Shown: positions 25,001 to 38,444, numbered from the stretch's first letter. The stretch is 64,000 bases of DNA from Lytechinus pictus (GCF_037042905.1 NC_087246.1:50220001-50284000); one strand, 5' to 3'. Numbers and translations: made by a program. Notes: a model not told the origin generated them from the sequence alone.

Positions 25001-26461
25001 TGCGTCTTTAGTACCCTTATCAACTCGAATTCAATTGACTTGCTTTTTTCGAAATAAATAATGAGCGCTCCAAAATGGGAAACGATTGAGGAATTTGAGA
25101 TAATTCCTAGCTAAGCTAAAACGTTTTATAAAGATTGAGAACAGAAATGGTATAAAATGCCTACCTTGGTCACATCAGATATGATTGTAAAAACTTAAGC
25201 TACTGTACATGAAATTTCTTTAACTCGCAAAACAGAGTAGGAGACAGATATATGCAGGGAGGAAATATATCTTCCCGCGAATGGCGTTGATGCTCTGAAT
25301 TTTAGAAATTTCTCTGAAACTTTAACCTGCCCTAATGTTGATATTTCTTAGATTTCATAACTCGATTGCGAAGAAAAAAAGAGCTCAAAATTTGAAAGGG
25401 ATGATGCAGGCTAGAAGAGGCACGCGAAGCACGGAAACCCCGGCGTAAACCTCTGTGATTTATTTTGAAAGAGAAACAATTGTGTAATTTCGCTCATTAT
25501 TAAGCGCTTTCTTTTGTTTGATTAGGAAAATTCAGTGTTATTAAAAAATTCGAATCAATGGCAAAAAACAAGACAGGAGATGGCTGTACAGCGATATAAA
25601 ACAAAGTTTCATCGTACATACTTTTGCATATATAGCACAGCACGAATTTACGGCCTCCCCTTTGAAAAGATACTTTGCCAAAAATTGCTTGCTGAAAAGC
25701 GGAAGAAATAGCATTTGGGGACTCGGGGAGTGAGAGCAGAAAGTTTGTGTCGAGGCAATTGAAAAAATGCTTTTCATACTTCTTACACTCATGTTCACTT
25801 TATAATTTCTGGCAAAAATATAGGATTCCCATCGCCAGGAAGGGGAAAAACGGAGTAGAAAAAAGGTGTGGGGAAACAAAGAGAAAAGGCAATTTCGATA
25901 TTTTCCCGCGCGGAAGCAAAATTTTGTACGAAAAGAGAGAACTTCTCGTTTAGCGGGTTATTATCATTTAGACAAAAATATAAGAAAGAAAAAACAAAAA
26001 AGCTATACCCATCTTCCTTTTTCTCCCTTTGCTTTTTCTTTTTTCTCCTTTCCCCCTTCTTTTTTTTCTTTTTTGTGGCGTTTTTTTTTTTTTTTTTTTT
26101 TTGGGGGGGGGGGGGCGACCGTCCCTGGCTACGCGCCTGTTCCTAGTCTTATTTATACCATAATCATAATTAATCATAAAAATTCATCATGCTAGTATAC
26201 TTAAATATTATTTCACATAAGACGTCTCTTTATTCGGTGCATGTTTTGTTTGATACTGCATTTTCTTCTGTACTGATAATAATTATAACGAAGATGATTA
26301 AGAGGAGGATGTTGATGGAGTTCAGATGAGAAAAGTAAAAAAAAGCGGAGAGATGAAAAAGCATGCAAAATCAAATCATGAAAATTACCTGTATTTGTAC
26401 TTCCGCTGACGATGACGAAAAGAATATTCACCAAACATACAAAGAACTGTGACGTCGCCAT
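19089..26461 (-). CDS. LDLRAD2-like: Gene B: CUB + LDLa + transmembrane protein with long Cys-rich, repeat-containing cytoplasmic tail, 5 exons (5' edge of exon 3 is in an assembly gap)
   Basis: Exons (minus) 26461-26389 signal peptide [20 protein letters not shown]; 24806-24633 CUB N-half ([11 protein letters not shown]); >=22614-22400 CUB C-half ([29 protein letters not shown]); 20677-20543 LDLa ([35 protein letters not shown]); 19891-19089 TM ([24 protein letters not shown]) plus tail. GT-AG, phase-1 junctions. The LDLRAD2 similarity (NCGDxSDQxxxxPAxC) is recalled, not searched. Confidence 0.85.
21158..21412. mobile_element. hAT-like MITE inserted in a (CTT)n-rich tract
   Basis: TIR CATGGGCGGAAATC / GATTTCCGCCCCTG; exact 8-bp TSD ATTCTTCC. 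Confidence 0.88.
21708..21918. mobile_element. hAT-like MITE
   Basis: TIR CAAGGGCGGATCCAGG / CCTGGATCCGCTAGTG; degenerate TSD ACTAGAAT / ACTATAGAAT. Confidence 0.7.
22615..22771. other. Assembly gap covering the acceptor of gene B exon 3
   Basis: Run of N. Confidence 1.
23207..23350. mobile_element. Small palindromic MITE
   Basis: CAGTCACATTT ... AAATGTGACTG termini, with an internal inverted AAAACGGCCGTT pair. Confidence 0.7.
23833..24485. other. Assembly gap in gene B intron 2
   Basis: Run of N. Confidence 1.
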
Positions 26462-28176
26462 TGTTGTTACATGGTCTGGGATTATTATAAGCCTACTCAA
26501 GAAGACGTTGACATAATTATTGACATGTTGAAATCAGCAATTTCCAATTCTCACCTTTTTTCTCTGTAGATAATATAGCTCTCTGTTTTTGCCGTTCAAA
26601 ACTGTCATGTGCGCCGCCGTCATAATGAATTATTTGCAAAATAAAATTGAAATAATGTTAGATTATTATTGGTATTCCAGACAGATCATAATCAACATCA
26701 TATTAACTAAATTCCATCAAAATTAACTGCTGAATCTCCAGTTAAAAAAAACACAAAGAAGACAGGGAATTCCTCCGTCTCATCCAATGTTGAAATCATA
26801 TCAAACTGCAGGCTTCCATGTCAGACTTTTTTTCAAAATGGCGCCGGGTAGTTCTCCTTCAGATCAAAATACACTTTTCCCTGGAAATGCACTTCACCTT
26901 GTACCGCCTACATTTCAACCTTTGTAATAATTGTCCAGGGAGACGGCACGCATCGTATCTAATCTGCGATAAAAATCCTCATTATTGAATTCAGATTTTT
27001 TCAGGTCGCACTTAGATGTTAATTAAACCGCCGGACGAAATACATTCTGTATAATAATATGCTGTTGTCTTGGCAACGCAGGACGCATGCTGTATGTGTT
27101 CACTTCACACAGCTCAGTGTTGTGTTTCTGTGTTAAAATATAAATTGACGTCTCTCTGGAATATCATGTTTACTTAACACGATCAGATTATTTGCGATGT
27201 ATTCTTAAGTAAATGTTTAGAGTGAATACTGTGTGAATATTACTCGATTTGGTGCTGGTCTGATTATGTCCATAACTCGCCCTCCTTTTTGGTGCACGAA
27301 TGTTTTTTTTTAAATCTCTACCATGGGATTTAGCTACCCCTTCCGTCAGTTGATTGCGTCGTTCCCTCGACTTTTGAAAATCCCTCGCTGTATACGCAAA
27401 GGGCTGTGATATTCATAGTGCAACTGGCATTTCCCCTTGGAATTACTTTTATTAAATATCGAATATAAAGATTATTTTTGGATGATGCTCTGATGGTCTA
27501 TTATCATAATGTAATAGAGTGGATCATTTTTATTTTCAAAACCAAGGATATGTTTAATGTATGCTTAAAACTGTCGGTAAATTTCCTTGGGCATCACAAT
27601 TTTTGTTAGAATTCGTCCGAAACTGGGCAAATTGTGACCAAATTTGATCAAGATCAATGGACCAATTATTTGTGTAACGACCCAACGTTGATTGGATATT
27701 AGTTAAAATACTAACCATAACCATTTAAAAGGTATACATTTGATTCAAAATCGTAATTTACAACATAAACTGCATGAATGTGGATATTGACTTTGAGGGA
27801 TGCTTCGAAGAAGAAAGTTTGCTGGCAGTGAATGTAAATTATATAGCTAAAAGAATGGAAAACCATCATAAATAGGAAATAAAATTAAGAAGATTGTGGG
27901 AAATGAATAATGGAGCTCGAAAGAGAGAGAGAGGGAGAGAGGAAGGGTGAGAGACGGAGGAAACTAGTAAATTAGAATGAATTACAACATTCAAAATATA
28001 GTAATGGAAAGAAGAATATACTGGACAACATTCTTTAGTACTTAATTCAAGATTTTACAGTACTATAGAATAATGATAAATCTATGGGTATACATTTCGC
28101 CCGATGAAACGATTTTAATTACGGCTCAATGATACATTGAGCAGATCTCGAAGAGCTTGGAAAGGCAAAACAATAT

Positions 28177-28339
28177 CAGGGGAGCGTTTCATCAATATTT
28201 TCATCCGACAAGTTGTCAGATCTGACATATTTCCATGATTTTGATTGGCAAAGAGGCACTGTTCCTATGGTAACTGTCGGATAGAATGGGACTTGTCGGA
28301 TAAAACGTCCGACAAGTCCTTTCATGAAACGCCCCCCAG
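28177..28339. mobile_element. CWG-flanked MITE, CCGACAAGT family
   Basis: CAG|GGGAGCGTTTCAT ... ATGAAACGCCCCC|CAG. The same family occurs at 29422-29819, 44009-44164 and 62988-63143. Confidence 0.88.
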
Positions 28340-28823
28340 AAGAAAGCGAAATGTCATGGATATTAATTGAGGTGATGATATATCCTGGATATATAATTAA
28401 GTGTCGCCTTTATTAACAAAAAAAAATGCACATTCACCAAGATCAGCACATATTTTTACAGTTTACATAACAAAAAAGGGACTACATACACTTCAAACAT
28501 TACAAAAGCAAAAGAAAACGGGAACAATTATGCAATTAAAAGTTACATAAAACTGGGTTGTTGCATGTTCTTGTTGTTTTTCTTTTTCTCCTTCGTCGCC
28601 CCTTCTTCTTTCTTCTGTTCTTCTTCTTCCCCCCTTCTCCTTCTACTTCTTCTTCTTCTTATTCTTCTTCTAGCTAACAGGCTTAAGTGTTGACCTTATT
28701 TCCTCTCACCATCTTACATTTTTATTCTATTCATTTGTTGTTATATGCCTATAAAAAAATCTTAGCGTCACTCCAAACGAACAATGTCTGTCAAGTTCTA
28801 TCAAAATAATGCAAGAAACACTA

Positions 28824-31800
28824 CTACAGCATTTTCTCTCTGTGTATTTTTCTGCCTTCTCGAAGATTGCCGACCGAGTTCATCTTCGTTGCTCGTCGAC
28901 CACAGGTGCATATTCGACGACACAGCCCTCGACTTCGAACGGGGCAGCACCATCCACAGTCGCCCAAACTTCGGCGTCGCCAACAACCACAGGCCCATAC
29001 CATGTAGCCGGGTCTCCAGAAACAGAAGTAGAGGAGGAACAGGAAGGGGAGGATGAGGGCGAGGGCCGCGTATAGAAGAGGGCGGAGGTCGGGTGTCGTG
29101 TAGATTACTGTCGATATGAAAATAATTCAGTGGTAATTTATTTGTGATTCAAAATATTTCTTCTTTAAATAGTTGAATTTTGTGACGGATTTGACGTATT
29201 TTTTAGTCAGAAAAATAATATAATCTATATCCCTTCCTTTCCTTTTTTTTCTTTGTCGGCAAAATGAGGGTCCATGACCCCACCACCCATCTGTACACCA
29301 ATGACAAGCTTATAACCTTCAGGAAAAGGTACAAGTGTAGTGACCAAATTTCATATATCATAACCGTTAGGATCATTAAATTGGAGAATAGGTGAGGGGG
29401 ATGTCACATCTCATCATTACACAGGAAAGCGTTTCATGAAAAGACTTGTCAGACGCTATATCCGACAAGTCCTGTTTTACCAGACAGTTACCATAGTAAC
29501 AGTGCCTCTCAGCCAATCAGAATCAAGCAAAGTTGTCAGATCTGACATCTTTCCATGATTTTGATTGGCAGAGAGGCACTGTTCCTATGGTAACTGTCGG
29601 ATAAGATGGGACTTGTCGCATAAAACGTCCGACAAGTCCTTTCATGAAACGCCCCCCAGGAGAGTGTTTCATCAACATTTTCATCCGACAAGTTGTCAGA
29701 TCTGATATCTTTCTCTGATGTTGATTGGCTGAATGGTACTGTTACTATGGTAACTGTCGGATAAAATGGGACTTGTCGGATAAAACGTCCGACAAGTCCT
29801 TTCATGAAACGCCCCCCCTGGTCTCATTTACTCTTGATGAATCCAAATACAATCATATTCAAAGTAAAATTATGATCTCGTTGATCAGGTGTTTACCGGG
29901 GCAGTTGGCTTCGTCCTGATCGCTGAAGTCCTCATCGCCGCAATTGCCATACCCCTGCCTGTCACACGTCACGGTCGAGTCGATGCACCGACCCGTCGTC
30001 GTACACGTGAACGATGAACAGGACGTATCTAGATGAAACAAGATCATGAAGGGAAAAGGTGGATTATCATGTTGAAGGAGAGGGGAACACTGATAAAAGG
30101 GCAAAGAGGTTATAGAAGGGAGGGTGATAGAAGATTAAGATGATGGTGACGTGAAGATCAAGAAGATAAAGCTTGATGGGGGAGCGTGGGGATGGAGTCA
30201 CCCCCTTAGAAATAGGAGAAAATTGGAGAGAGAAGTGGGAGATGTACGGAGAAATGAAGTGTTTTTGACATGCCCTGTCTTTCAGACAAAGTCTAATAAA
30301 TAAATGAATCCCGAAAGTAAATCTATCATTTAATTCAAACACTATTTCAAATTATTTTACATAAGAAACTATAAATAGCAAAATAGCGTGGACAATGATG
30401 CATGTTTCAAGAAAGGACACTTATTATCAGTCCCCAAACAATACCTCCACAAATACAATGTGCGATGATTTTCCTCTTTTTATACTTTAGTCCTTCTAAC
30501 GGGATAGCCGTCCGTGAGAAATACATTTCTTATTGACGATTACTCTCAGTAATTTTTCGTTACCTTAAGTGTAGTGTCCGTTAGGCCTATGTCTTTTTAT
30601 GCAATCATGCCAATTTCGATGCCAGAATTACAGATCTTTAAGATTTTGATTGATGTACATGAATGTCTATCAACTTTCATTACTGTCTGAAAACGCAGTG
30701 TAGATGGCTCTGAAGTCCATGACACTGAAATCCCCGGATGTTTGTAATCTCAACGATAAGCTGCTCCCTGACGAAAGAACAAGGGTTGGTCTGTCTGTAC
30801 CGCACAGCGTGTCACCGAGCTGGCTAGAGGATGCGATGGGACCATCGAAAATTCGCACACTGGCATCATCACAATTGTCATTTGGAAAGCCATACCTAGA
30901 AAAAAAAGATGGAGTCGAAACTTACTGGTCAGTCATCCTGATATGCTCGGCGTTTGCCAGTTTAATTTGTAAATTCATCATCGTCATCCTAGAGTGGTTA
31001 TTGTCATTTTACAGACTATCATGTGCTGAAAATGTGTTTTTAAGACATTGTGATAGGATTATTTTAATTACATCCATTTCAGAATGCTGGTGATTGATCA
31101 TCGCCATCATGACGACATTTTCGTCACCCATTCCGTCATTTCAATCGTCATTTTGCACCATCGTCATCATCTGGACTGACTTTTAACAATGCAAGCGAAT
31201 GAACTTAAAACGAATTTATTGAGCTCTAAAACATTCCATTACGTTCGAAGAATTTACTGAAAGGTGATAATGATTTGGCAGAGAATAAAAAATATCTGCT
31301 GGAAGATGAAAAAAGCAAAAATGAATTGAGGAGTGACCGTCAACACTCAAATACTCTGACCTACTCCTATTTTATTTGTGGTGTTTTTGGCTTTTTCATT
31401 AAGGTTTTACTTATATACTTTACTTTTTTTATTTCGCTGTGCTTGCCATATCCTTTTCTTTTCCAAAATCATCCTATATATAGATGTACGAGAGAGCGCA
31501 GCGAACGACGAAATAATGAAACACATCTATGTGGAAAGGAACCTTATTTCACACTTTCCCACATGTTTTCACATATGGGTATGAGAAAAATTAACGGTAC
31601 TATCGCTTGATTGATTGGATGAAAAACTTGTTTAACTTCTATTTTCAAATTTGATACAAATATATTGTTAAGCCACACTAACAATCAGAATGGGGGTAGG
31701 GGGCAAAATTTGTACCACATCTCGTGTGATATTTTTAAGTCCATTTTTTTTATACTTACCTTCTATTAACATCAAACCATCGAAAGTCCACCATTACTCT

Positions 31801-32840
31801 GGTATAAGGGTCATTTGCCTGGAACAGATATGAACAATCTATTGTGACGTTATACAGGTCAAAGGTTAACTGGTTTGAATGAGATTTCAACTCCTTGCTG
31901 AATGAATCTGCGTCTGACGTTGTTGCTAAGCAACTGCCATCATCGGAAATGAGAATATCTGTTTCGATGAAAACAACAGCATGATTGGATGATAAGAAGA
32001 AATATTTTGATGGAGTTTTTATCTACAGGAATGTTTGAATTTATTTTTATCTTTATTCCATCAAACTTTCTTCATTTTTTTCGTGTTCAACTGGTTTCAA
32101 AAGTTATACTGAACTTTGAACTAGCATATAGATGGCACTTGTGAAATAACATATTTTTCCTTCGCTTTCGAGGGATTGCGGAATGGAAGTCTGTTGTCAA
32201 GTCCTCCTTCCTGAGACCATCAATCAAGTTGATATCCATACGAATCTCTACCGGGGAAAGTCAACCATCATACTACGAGAACAGGGACCTATTTCATTAA
32301 AACTTGTTTTAATAACAAATTTGCAATTACAGTTAAAAGCTTCTGAAATCCGACATTCTGATTGGCTGATAGTAAACTTGTTGTAGATATTTTGCATTTG
32401 TTGTTTAAAACAAGTTTTTTTTAATGAAACAGGACCCTGGGCCCAAGAAAGAACCATCAAAATATGTACAATACATAAAAAGATTGCTATTAGTCACAAT
32501 GTACGCGAAATGTATTTTTTTACGTGAATAGTGCGATGGCTCTTTTCACCCCCTACTTGAACAAATCGTATTTTTTACCGAAGAGTAATAAACTAAACAA
32601 TAGATAACAAATAAAAATCATAGTGTCGGGGAAAGCTTCCCAATCCTCGCCCCTGTAATATAATTAGAGCTCTCATAAATTTGATGGACAATGATAAAAC
32701 AATACATGTGATACACACCTACCTGTTGCTATGTCAGGCTGATTTGCAGTATCTCGTACCGTCTGCCTCGTCAAGCAAGCCTCAACACTCCTAATTGTGA
32801 CGAGCCATAGAAAATAAAATCTGATGGCATTCCTGCCCAT
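28824..32840 (-). CDS. LDLRAD2-like: Gene C: CUB + LDLa + transmembrane protein with Cys/Arg-rich tail, ~314 aa, 5 exons; paralogue of gene B
   Basis: Exons (minus) 32840-32723 (MGRNAIRFYFLWLVTIRSVEA, CAAAATGG context), 31958-31760 (YNVTIDCSYLFQA, VMVDFRWFDV), 30895-30684 (NCDDASVRIFDG, LCG, LSLRLQT, DFRAIYTAF), 30028-29897 (FTCTTTGRCIDSTVTCDRQGYGNCGDEDFSDQDEANC), 29107-28824 (TM LLYAALALILPFLFLLYFCFW, then RPGYMVW...KML*). Intron phases 1,2,1,1; total 945 nt. Confidence 0.86.
29422..29819. mobile_element. Compound CCGACAAGT-family MITE locus (palindromic hybrid plus an adjacent normal copy)
   Basis: 29422-29659 is symmetric about TGTCAGATCTGACA. 29657-29819 is a standard copy sharing the CAG. 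Confidence 0.85.
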
Positions 32841-35800
32841 TTTGTGATATGAATTTGATAGTATCATCATGATTGTGATTGTGATGCGACAAAGTACCTC
32901 ACAATGTATATTTACAGTTTATACGATTTTACATGTTTGCTATTTAGTTCGTATGATATGGTTGAACTTGTTTGCAGTGTCGCTAGGCGATTCAACGTTG
33001 ATGTATGGTATGCGATTATTCTTTGTCTCCCCGTCTTTGTTAGTAGCACAATAAGCCAAAGAGTTTGAGGGGGGGCAGACATGGCATAATTATGGGGCAA
33101 CATTTTTATAAAAGCTGCAATAAACATGATAAACGAAGCGAGCGAGCATTTTTGTTTACCTTTTTTGATATAAAAAATTAATTTGTGATACATTTTGTCA
33201 TAATAATCAGAAAACAATTTCCTATTTCACCGTCTGTCTGCGCTCCCCCCTCTCTCCCTTCCCCCTTCATCTATGTGTGATTGACTGTAGTTATGGTGAC
33301 TGACTACCAGCCTATATACATGTTATAATGAACGCAAAATAATGCTGCAAATTATAAGGGGAAACTCGCCTAGGTCCATTATTTGAAAAACCGTTTTTAT
33401 TTCCATCCTTACAAAACGGGGATGTACGAGTTAGGTCCCGATAGACCAGCATGGCATTTGTAACTCATGGATCCATTGATTCGTTAGATATGTTATTTCT
33501 GATATAAAAACTAAAAACTTGACTTTTTATACAAACAGTGAGGAAATCATTTGAATAGTTACACGATAGGAGAACTAAAATGTTTGTTCATAAACATATC
33601 GAAAGTCATAATCTTCGAGCAAAAATCTTTGGATGGATGAAGATGGCGGGCTGTTCAAACTCAAGGCTAGAATTCAAATTCTATATTACACCCTGACAGA
33701 CCGATTATTGGCCCGAACTGCTCCAAAACATCTTTCATCGCAACACTTTGAATTAATCCATTAAAAACGAGGGAACTTATTCATTAGAGGGCGACATGGA
33801 CGACAGACTGTTCTCACTCGTGTTTTAATTAGTGTCGAGTTATCACATCAGCTGTGAAGCGGCCATGACCTGATCAGGATGGGCAAACCAGTTGGTTCTC
33901 AAGTCCAGCAAGAATAAGGGCCCTATGCACGGTCGGTCGCACCTTGTATCCAGATATCAAAAGTGAAAATCCAATGTTTCTTGTTAGAATCTTCAGTTGC
34001 AGCAATGATGATAAAACCCGTAGTAAGATTCGCACATGTTGTTTATCCATTATGAATGTTGAATATCGATGATGAGGTGTGTTTATCCACTCTCAGACAA
34101 TTTCAGAAAAGTCTGTAGGTTGGTTAAAATACAGCGACGGAGTCTTTTTTTTCACAAATAATTTTAAAAGATAAAGAAAATGCTGATCACATTTATCACA
34201 AAATAATTGGCAGGAAAGATTATCAATATCTAATTGGTAAGTTTTTCTCCCAAACAAAATTATGCCCCCACAAAAAATATCAGGAATCAAGAGAGGAGAG
34301 GGGCATTTCCTTCTTTTTCACAGACATAATATTGGCGGATTAAGATTCGCATCTAGATCCAATGTGGTTGATGTATATTTGATTTGTTGAATCAATAGGC
34401 AAAAATTAGCAGACACTTTTTATCAACAAACAATTATAAGAATTATTTTCGTAATCGCTTTCTTAGTTAACCAATAAAGTCTCTCTCTCTCTTTTTTTTT
34501 TTTTTTTTTTTTTTTGGGGGGGGGTGCTGGTTGCTGTTAAATGGGTTTCATTGTCTGCAGTGGCATAATGACTATTTTTTTCCGAGGGGGTGAAGAGCAA
34601 TAGTCCTCCAATCATCCTTGCTCATGAAAACTTTCGTGGCAGTGCTCCCCCCAAAAAAAAAAAAAATATATATATAGTACGCCAGATCGAGGTGCTTGAT
34701 CATGTTGGTTCCTTACTTGTAAAGTTAGAAATCTGGTTCGTATTCAAATTTTACGAGAGTTGGGAATTTTCATTAATGACTGTTCCATTATAAGGATGAT
34801 CCATTGCTGTCAGTATGGCGTGGATGCCACCGGGGTCATTGTCATGGGGTGAAATAGGGCGTGTCTACCCCACCCTATAAGATGACCAATGACCTGAAAT
34901 GGTGCATTAATTGAATTCATATTTTGAACGCGTGGTTGACAAAATACCGAGAAACACTTTAGGGGGTTACACATTTTGTTTTGGCCGTACATAATATTAG
35001 TTACTTTACCTTTGTCTCGATAATTGAGCAAATATAATTATAGGCATATAGACAGTTGCACCGTGTTAAAATATTGTATATTCATATCAACTGTTGTAAC
35101 TGTTGATCTATATGGCCTACAATATCATAAAGAGTTATTGTTGATCGTTATATCTACTTTATCTCTTTAGTGTTGCAAAGATAGATTTGTTATTGAAATG
35201 AGATTCAGTGAGCTTTTTTTAAAATAAATTTTACATTCCTTTCATTAAACTACATGTGTTCGCTATAAGCTGTTTTATGATATCATTCTTTCTAAAGAGT
35301 AATTTTGTTAAGGCCAAAGAAGTCCGGAATAACAATTTAACATATTCACCAAGCGTATCTCTAAAAACAATATGAAACGATTTTCAGCTACCTTTCACAC
35401 GGTGTAACAGCGATTATTGACCTTTCTCACAATGCCCGCCTAAACCAGGACAAAAATTATACCAAACTACTATCCATATAGTCAGCACTGGCACCTGTGC
35501 GTCAGAGAGCGTGAAATCTCATTTACGTTCGCCTCTATACCGACAAGACTAAAAGAAATATCAATATCTCGTGGGGCTTTATTCAAGGAAATATATATCT
35601 ATCTTTACATCTGTAAATATTATACCCTGATTCCGCATTTTGTTTTGGCCGCCGGGCCGGGCCAGCTGTCGATCGCACCCCGAGCATATAGCTGCCGAGA
35701 GGAAACGTCAAATGCGCTTCTGATCGCTTTTCGGTGATACCTCTAGCAGACGTTATTATTTAGCTTGCATACAAATAATAAATAAAAAAAAAGAGCGGGA

Positions 35801-36455
35801 AATGGGAGCGTGCTCAGGCGCTTTCTGATTGTCGCCTCACGGGAAAATTAAAAGTTGAAATCATTCGTTTCCCTCTAACTTAGGGTAAGTCCTGTCAAAT
35901 CTAGTTAGGGCCCTCGGCCTGAAGCGGGTGCCTTTATACTGTAATTTATTATTTTACTTGTCAGTATTCGTTAACAGCAAGGAAATCTTGTGAGCTGGTC
36001 AGTCCTTGTTTTATACACGTTAATGAGGGCATGTTTAAAAACGATTTAATTGATATATAATTATACTTGCTTGCGGCTAATACATCTTTATCAGAAGTCT
36101 CTATAAGCGCTAGCTCTGCAATAAATGCAGCATAAATTCCCGTTGCTTTGGCCGAAGTATACGATTTTCAAGGGATAAAATCCTGCCAGGTTTCCATTTA
36201 CCCCACCTGGGTAGAAGTTGAAGGCTCCCCACTCCCTAGTCATGATTGCAATATTACAAGGCCCGTCGCCTGTCTCTGCATAGCCCCCTCGAATCTTTCA
36301 GTAAATATCACACTTCCTCTTCCAAACTTCCGTCTCTTCTGACCAAGATGTCATCCTCAATTTGAAATAATTTTTATAATAGGATGCACAACAGACAAGA
36401 ATAGATGGAATTCTATGGTATTGGTTAATGAGGAAGTTAAAAACGTATAGGCCGA

Positions 36456-36948
36456 CAGTCAAACCTGTGCATAGTGGTCACTGAAGGGAAACAGCAAATG
36501 TGGCCACTAAAGACAGGTTGGTAGCCATCTTAGATTTATCATTGCAGATACTGTGCAATGTACTGGAGATACATGCGTTTTAACAACTTCAATTTTTTTT
36601 TAAAATATATAATATGCGTACATATATCTATTTCAATAAAAAAAATGACCAAATACTTGTGTTGATTGCATAATAGTTATTTTAAGAGTAAGATTCATGT
36701 TTAAATGCAATTGCAAGGGCAAGGGCTAGCTATTCAACTACTGTCCGAGTCAAAAGTTTTGGGGAAGCTTGTTTTTAGTGGCCACTATAGAGGGTCTGCT
36801 ATTGACCGATGGAGGCAAAATGAGTGGCCACTGGCCGCAATAGACAGGTGGCCACTATTTAATAGACAGGAACTGCAAGACATGAATTTCCTGCGGGTAA
36901 ATTTAATTGGCCGCTATAGACAGTTGGCCACTAAGACAGATTCGACTG
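36456..36948. mobile_element. Tc1/mariner-pogo-like MITE
   Basis: CAGTCAAACCTGT ... ACAGATTCGACTG|TA termini, with repeated GTGGCCACTA subterminal motifs. Confidence 0.7.
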
Positions 36949-38444
36949 TATATATACATTATTTTATGGAGGAGGAGACAATAGAACTGAATGATTACAC
37001 GATGAAAAATATCCAACAATATATTGATATCCATATTTCTTGATGAATCTGATCGTTAAGACTAAACGTATTTTGAATGTCGCACGGAATAATAGTGACT
37101 CATTATGAATCGATTAAAACAACATTTCAAACAAATTTGTATGCAACTAGTTGTTGACATTCTGATTTTAAATTGTTCGATGTATGTTTACATTGCATCA
37201 TTTGCAAATTCATAATTGTAATAATTTATCCAAGGAAATTTTTAGGACCCCTCAAGAAAAAAAGGAATTGAAGCAAATCACGTATGCTTTCGAGATTTTC
37301 ATTTGACCTAATCGAAGAAAAGAAAAACAACAATATATATAAAAAAATAATTTTATTCAATAAATCGTCTCATTTAAAAATTGTATTCTTTGAAAACGAA
37401 AACTAGAAAAAGAATCCAATCTTTTTTTTTGCATGGGAATACAAACTTCTCCTAACTCCCTTTCATTTTTCAATATCTCGTGCATGTCAGTCCACTGTAG
37501 AAAACGTGCGAAACGGCGCTCGAGAGATTGAATTAGCTCGAATTAGTAAATTTCTGCTCTCTATTACCAAAACACTGATTATGGCTTCCCGATTGGAATT
37601 TTCATCGACGAAAGCTTGCCTTGACGAAAGACAAGACTCCGCAAGTGTTCCAAAGTCAAACGACAGAGGGAGGTACTCTAACTGTTGATAATTAGTAGCT
37701 GGTAATCTCGTGTGAAGAATTGTTTGAGGTGTCAGGATTCAACTTGAAGTTCACTTCTTCTTTTTTTCTTCGAAACCAAATCATTTTAAAAAATGCATTC
37801 AAGTTGTCATCTGATTGCTAAAGAAAAAAAAATGTATATAAAATATTTGAGATAACGGGTATTACGAAAAGAAAGGTGAATACTCCCGGATGTACTTGTT
37901 TTGAATGACTTTTTCTTTCTATAAGTGCAGACGCCAGTCGGTGCCATGTATTGGAAATGTTTGGTATATTATTTACTCTTTGGTCTGACTTTCAACAGTT
38001 GAACCAAGTTATTCAATCTTTCTCTGCTGGTATTGGCTCACTTGAAACATGAAATGAAGAAAATATGGTTGATGCATCTTCTTTGTATTAAAAGTTTAGA
38101 TCAAGGTTGAATTACATAGTGTCCTGATAAGAATTATCAAGTTTCATGAGAGTTTTGAACCAGATATACCCACCATCCTTTTCATCATCTAAGATCTCTA
38201 TAAAATCAAGTGAGTGTTTACTAATGACATATTTCATAGAATTGTCCGTACATCCTTGAAAAAATAGAACATTATGACGGTATCATATAACCTGATCATA
38301 ATAAGCAGAGAGTGAACGGCGGCTAAGTCCAATGATCATCAAGAGTTTGCAACCCCAAAGATTCCATGTTTGTCCTCAATCTTGAACTATCTCTTACAAC
38401 TTAAAACAATTTTGTTTTGCTTTGAATATAATATTTCATTAGTG

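Noticed and set aside
37506-37688. Short plus-strand ORF in a CpG-richer patch, possible first exon
   Set aside because: No recognisable motif, weak donor, and no compatible downstream exon found.
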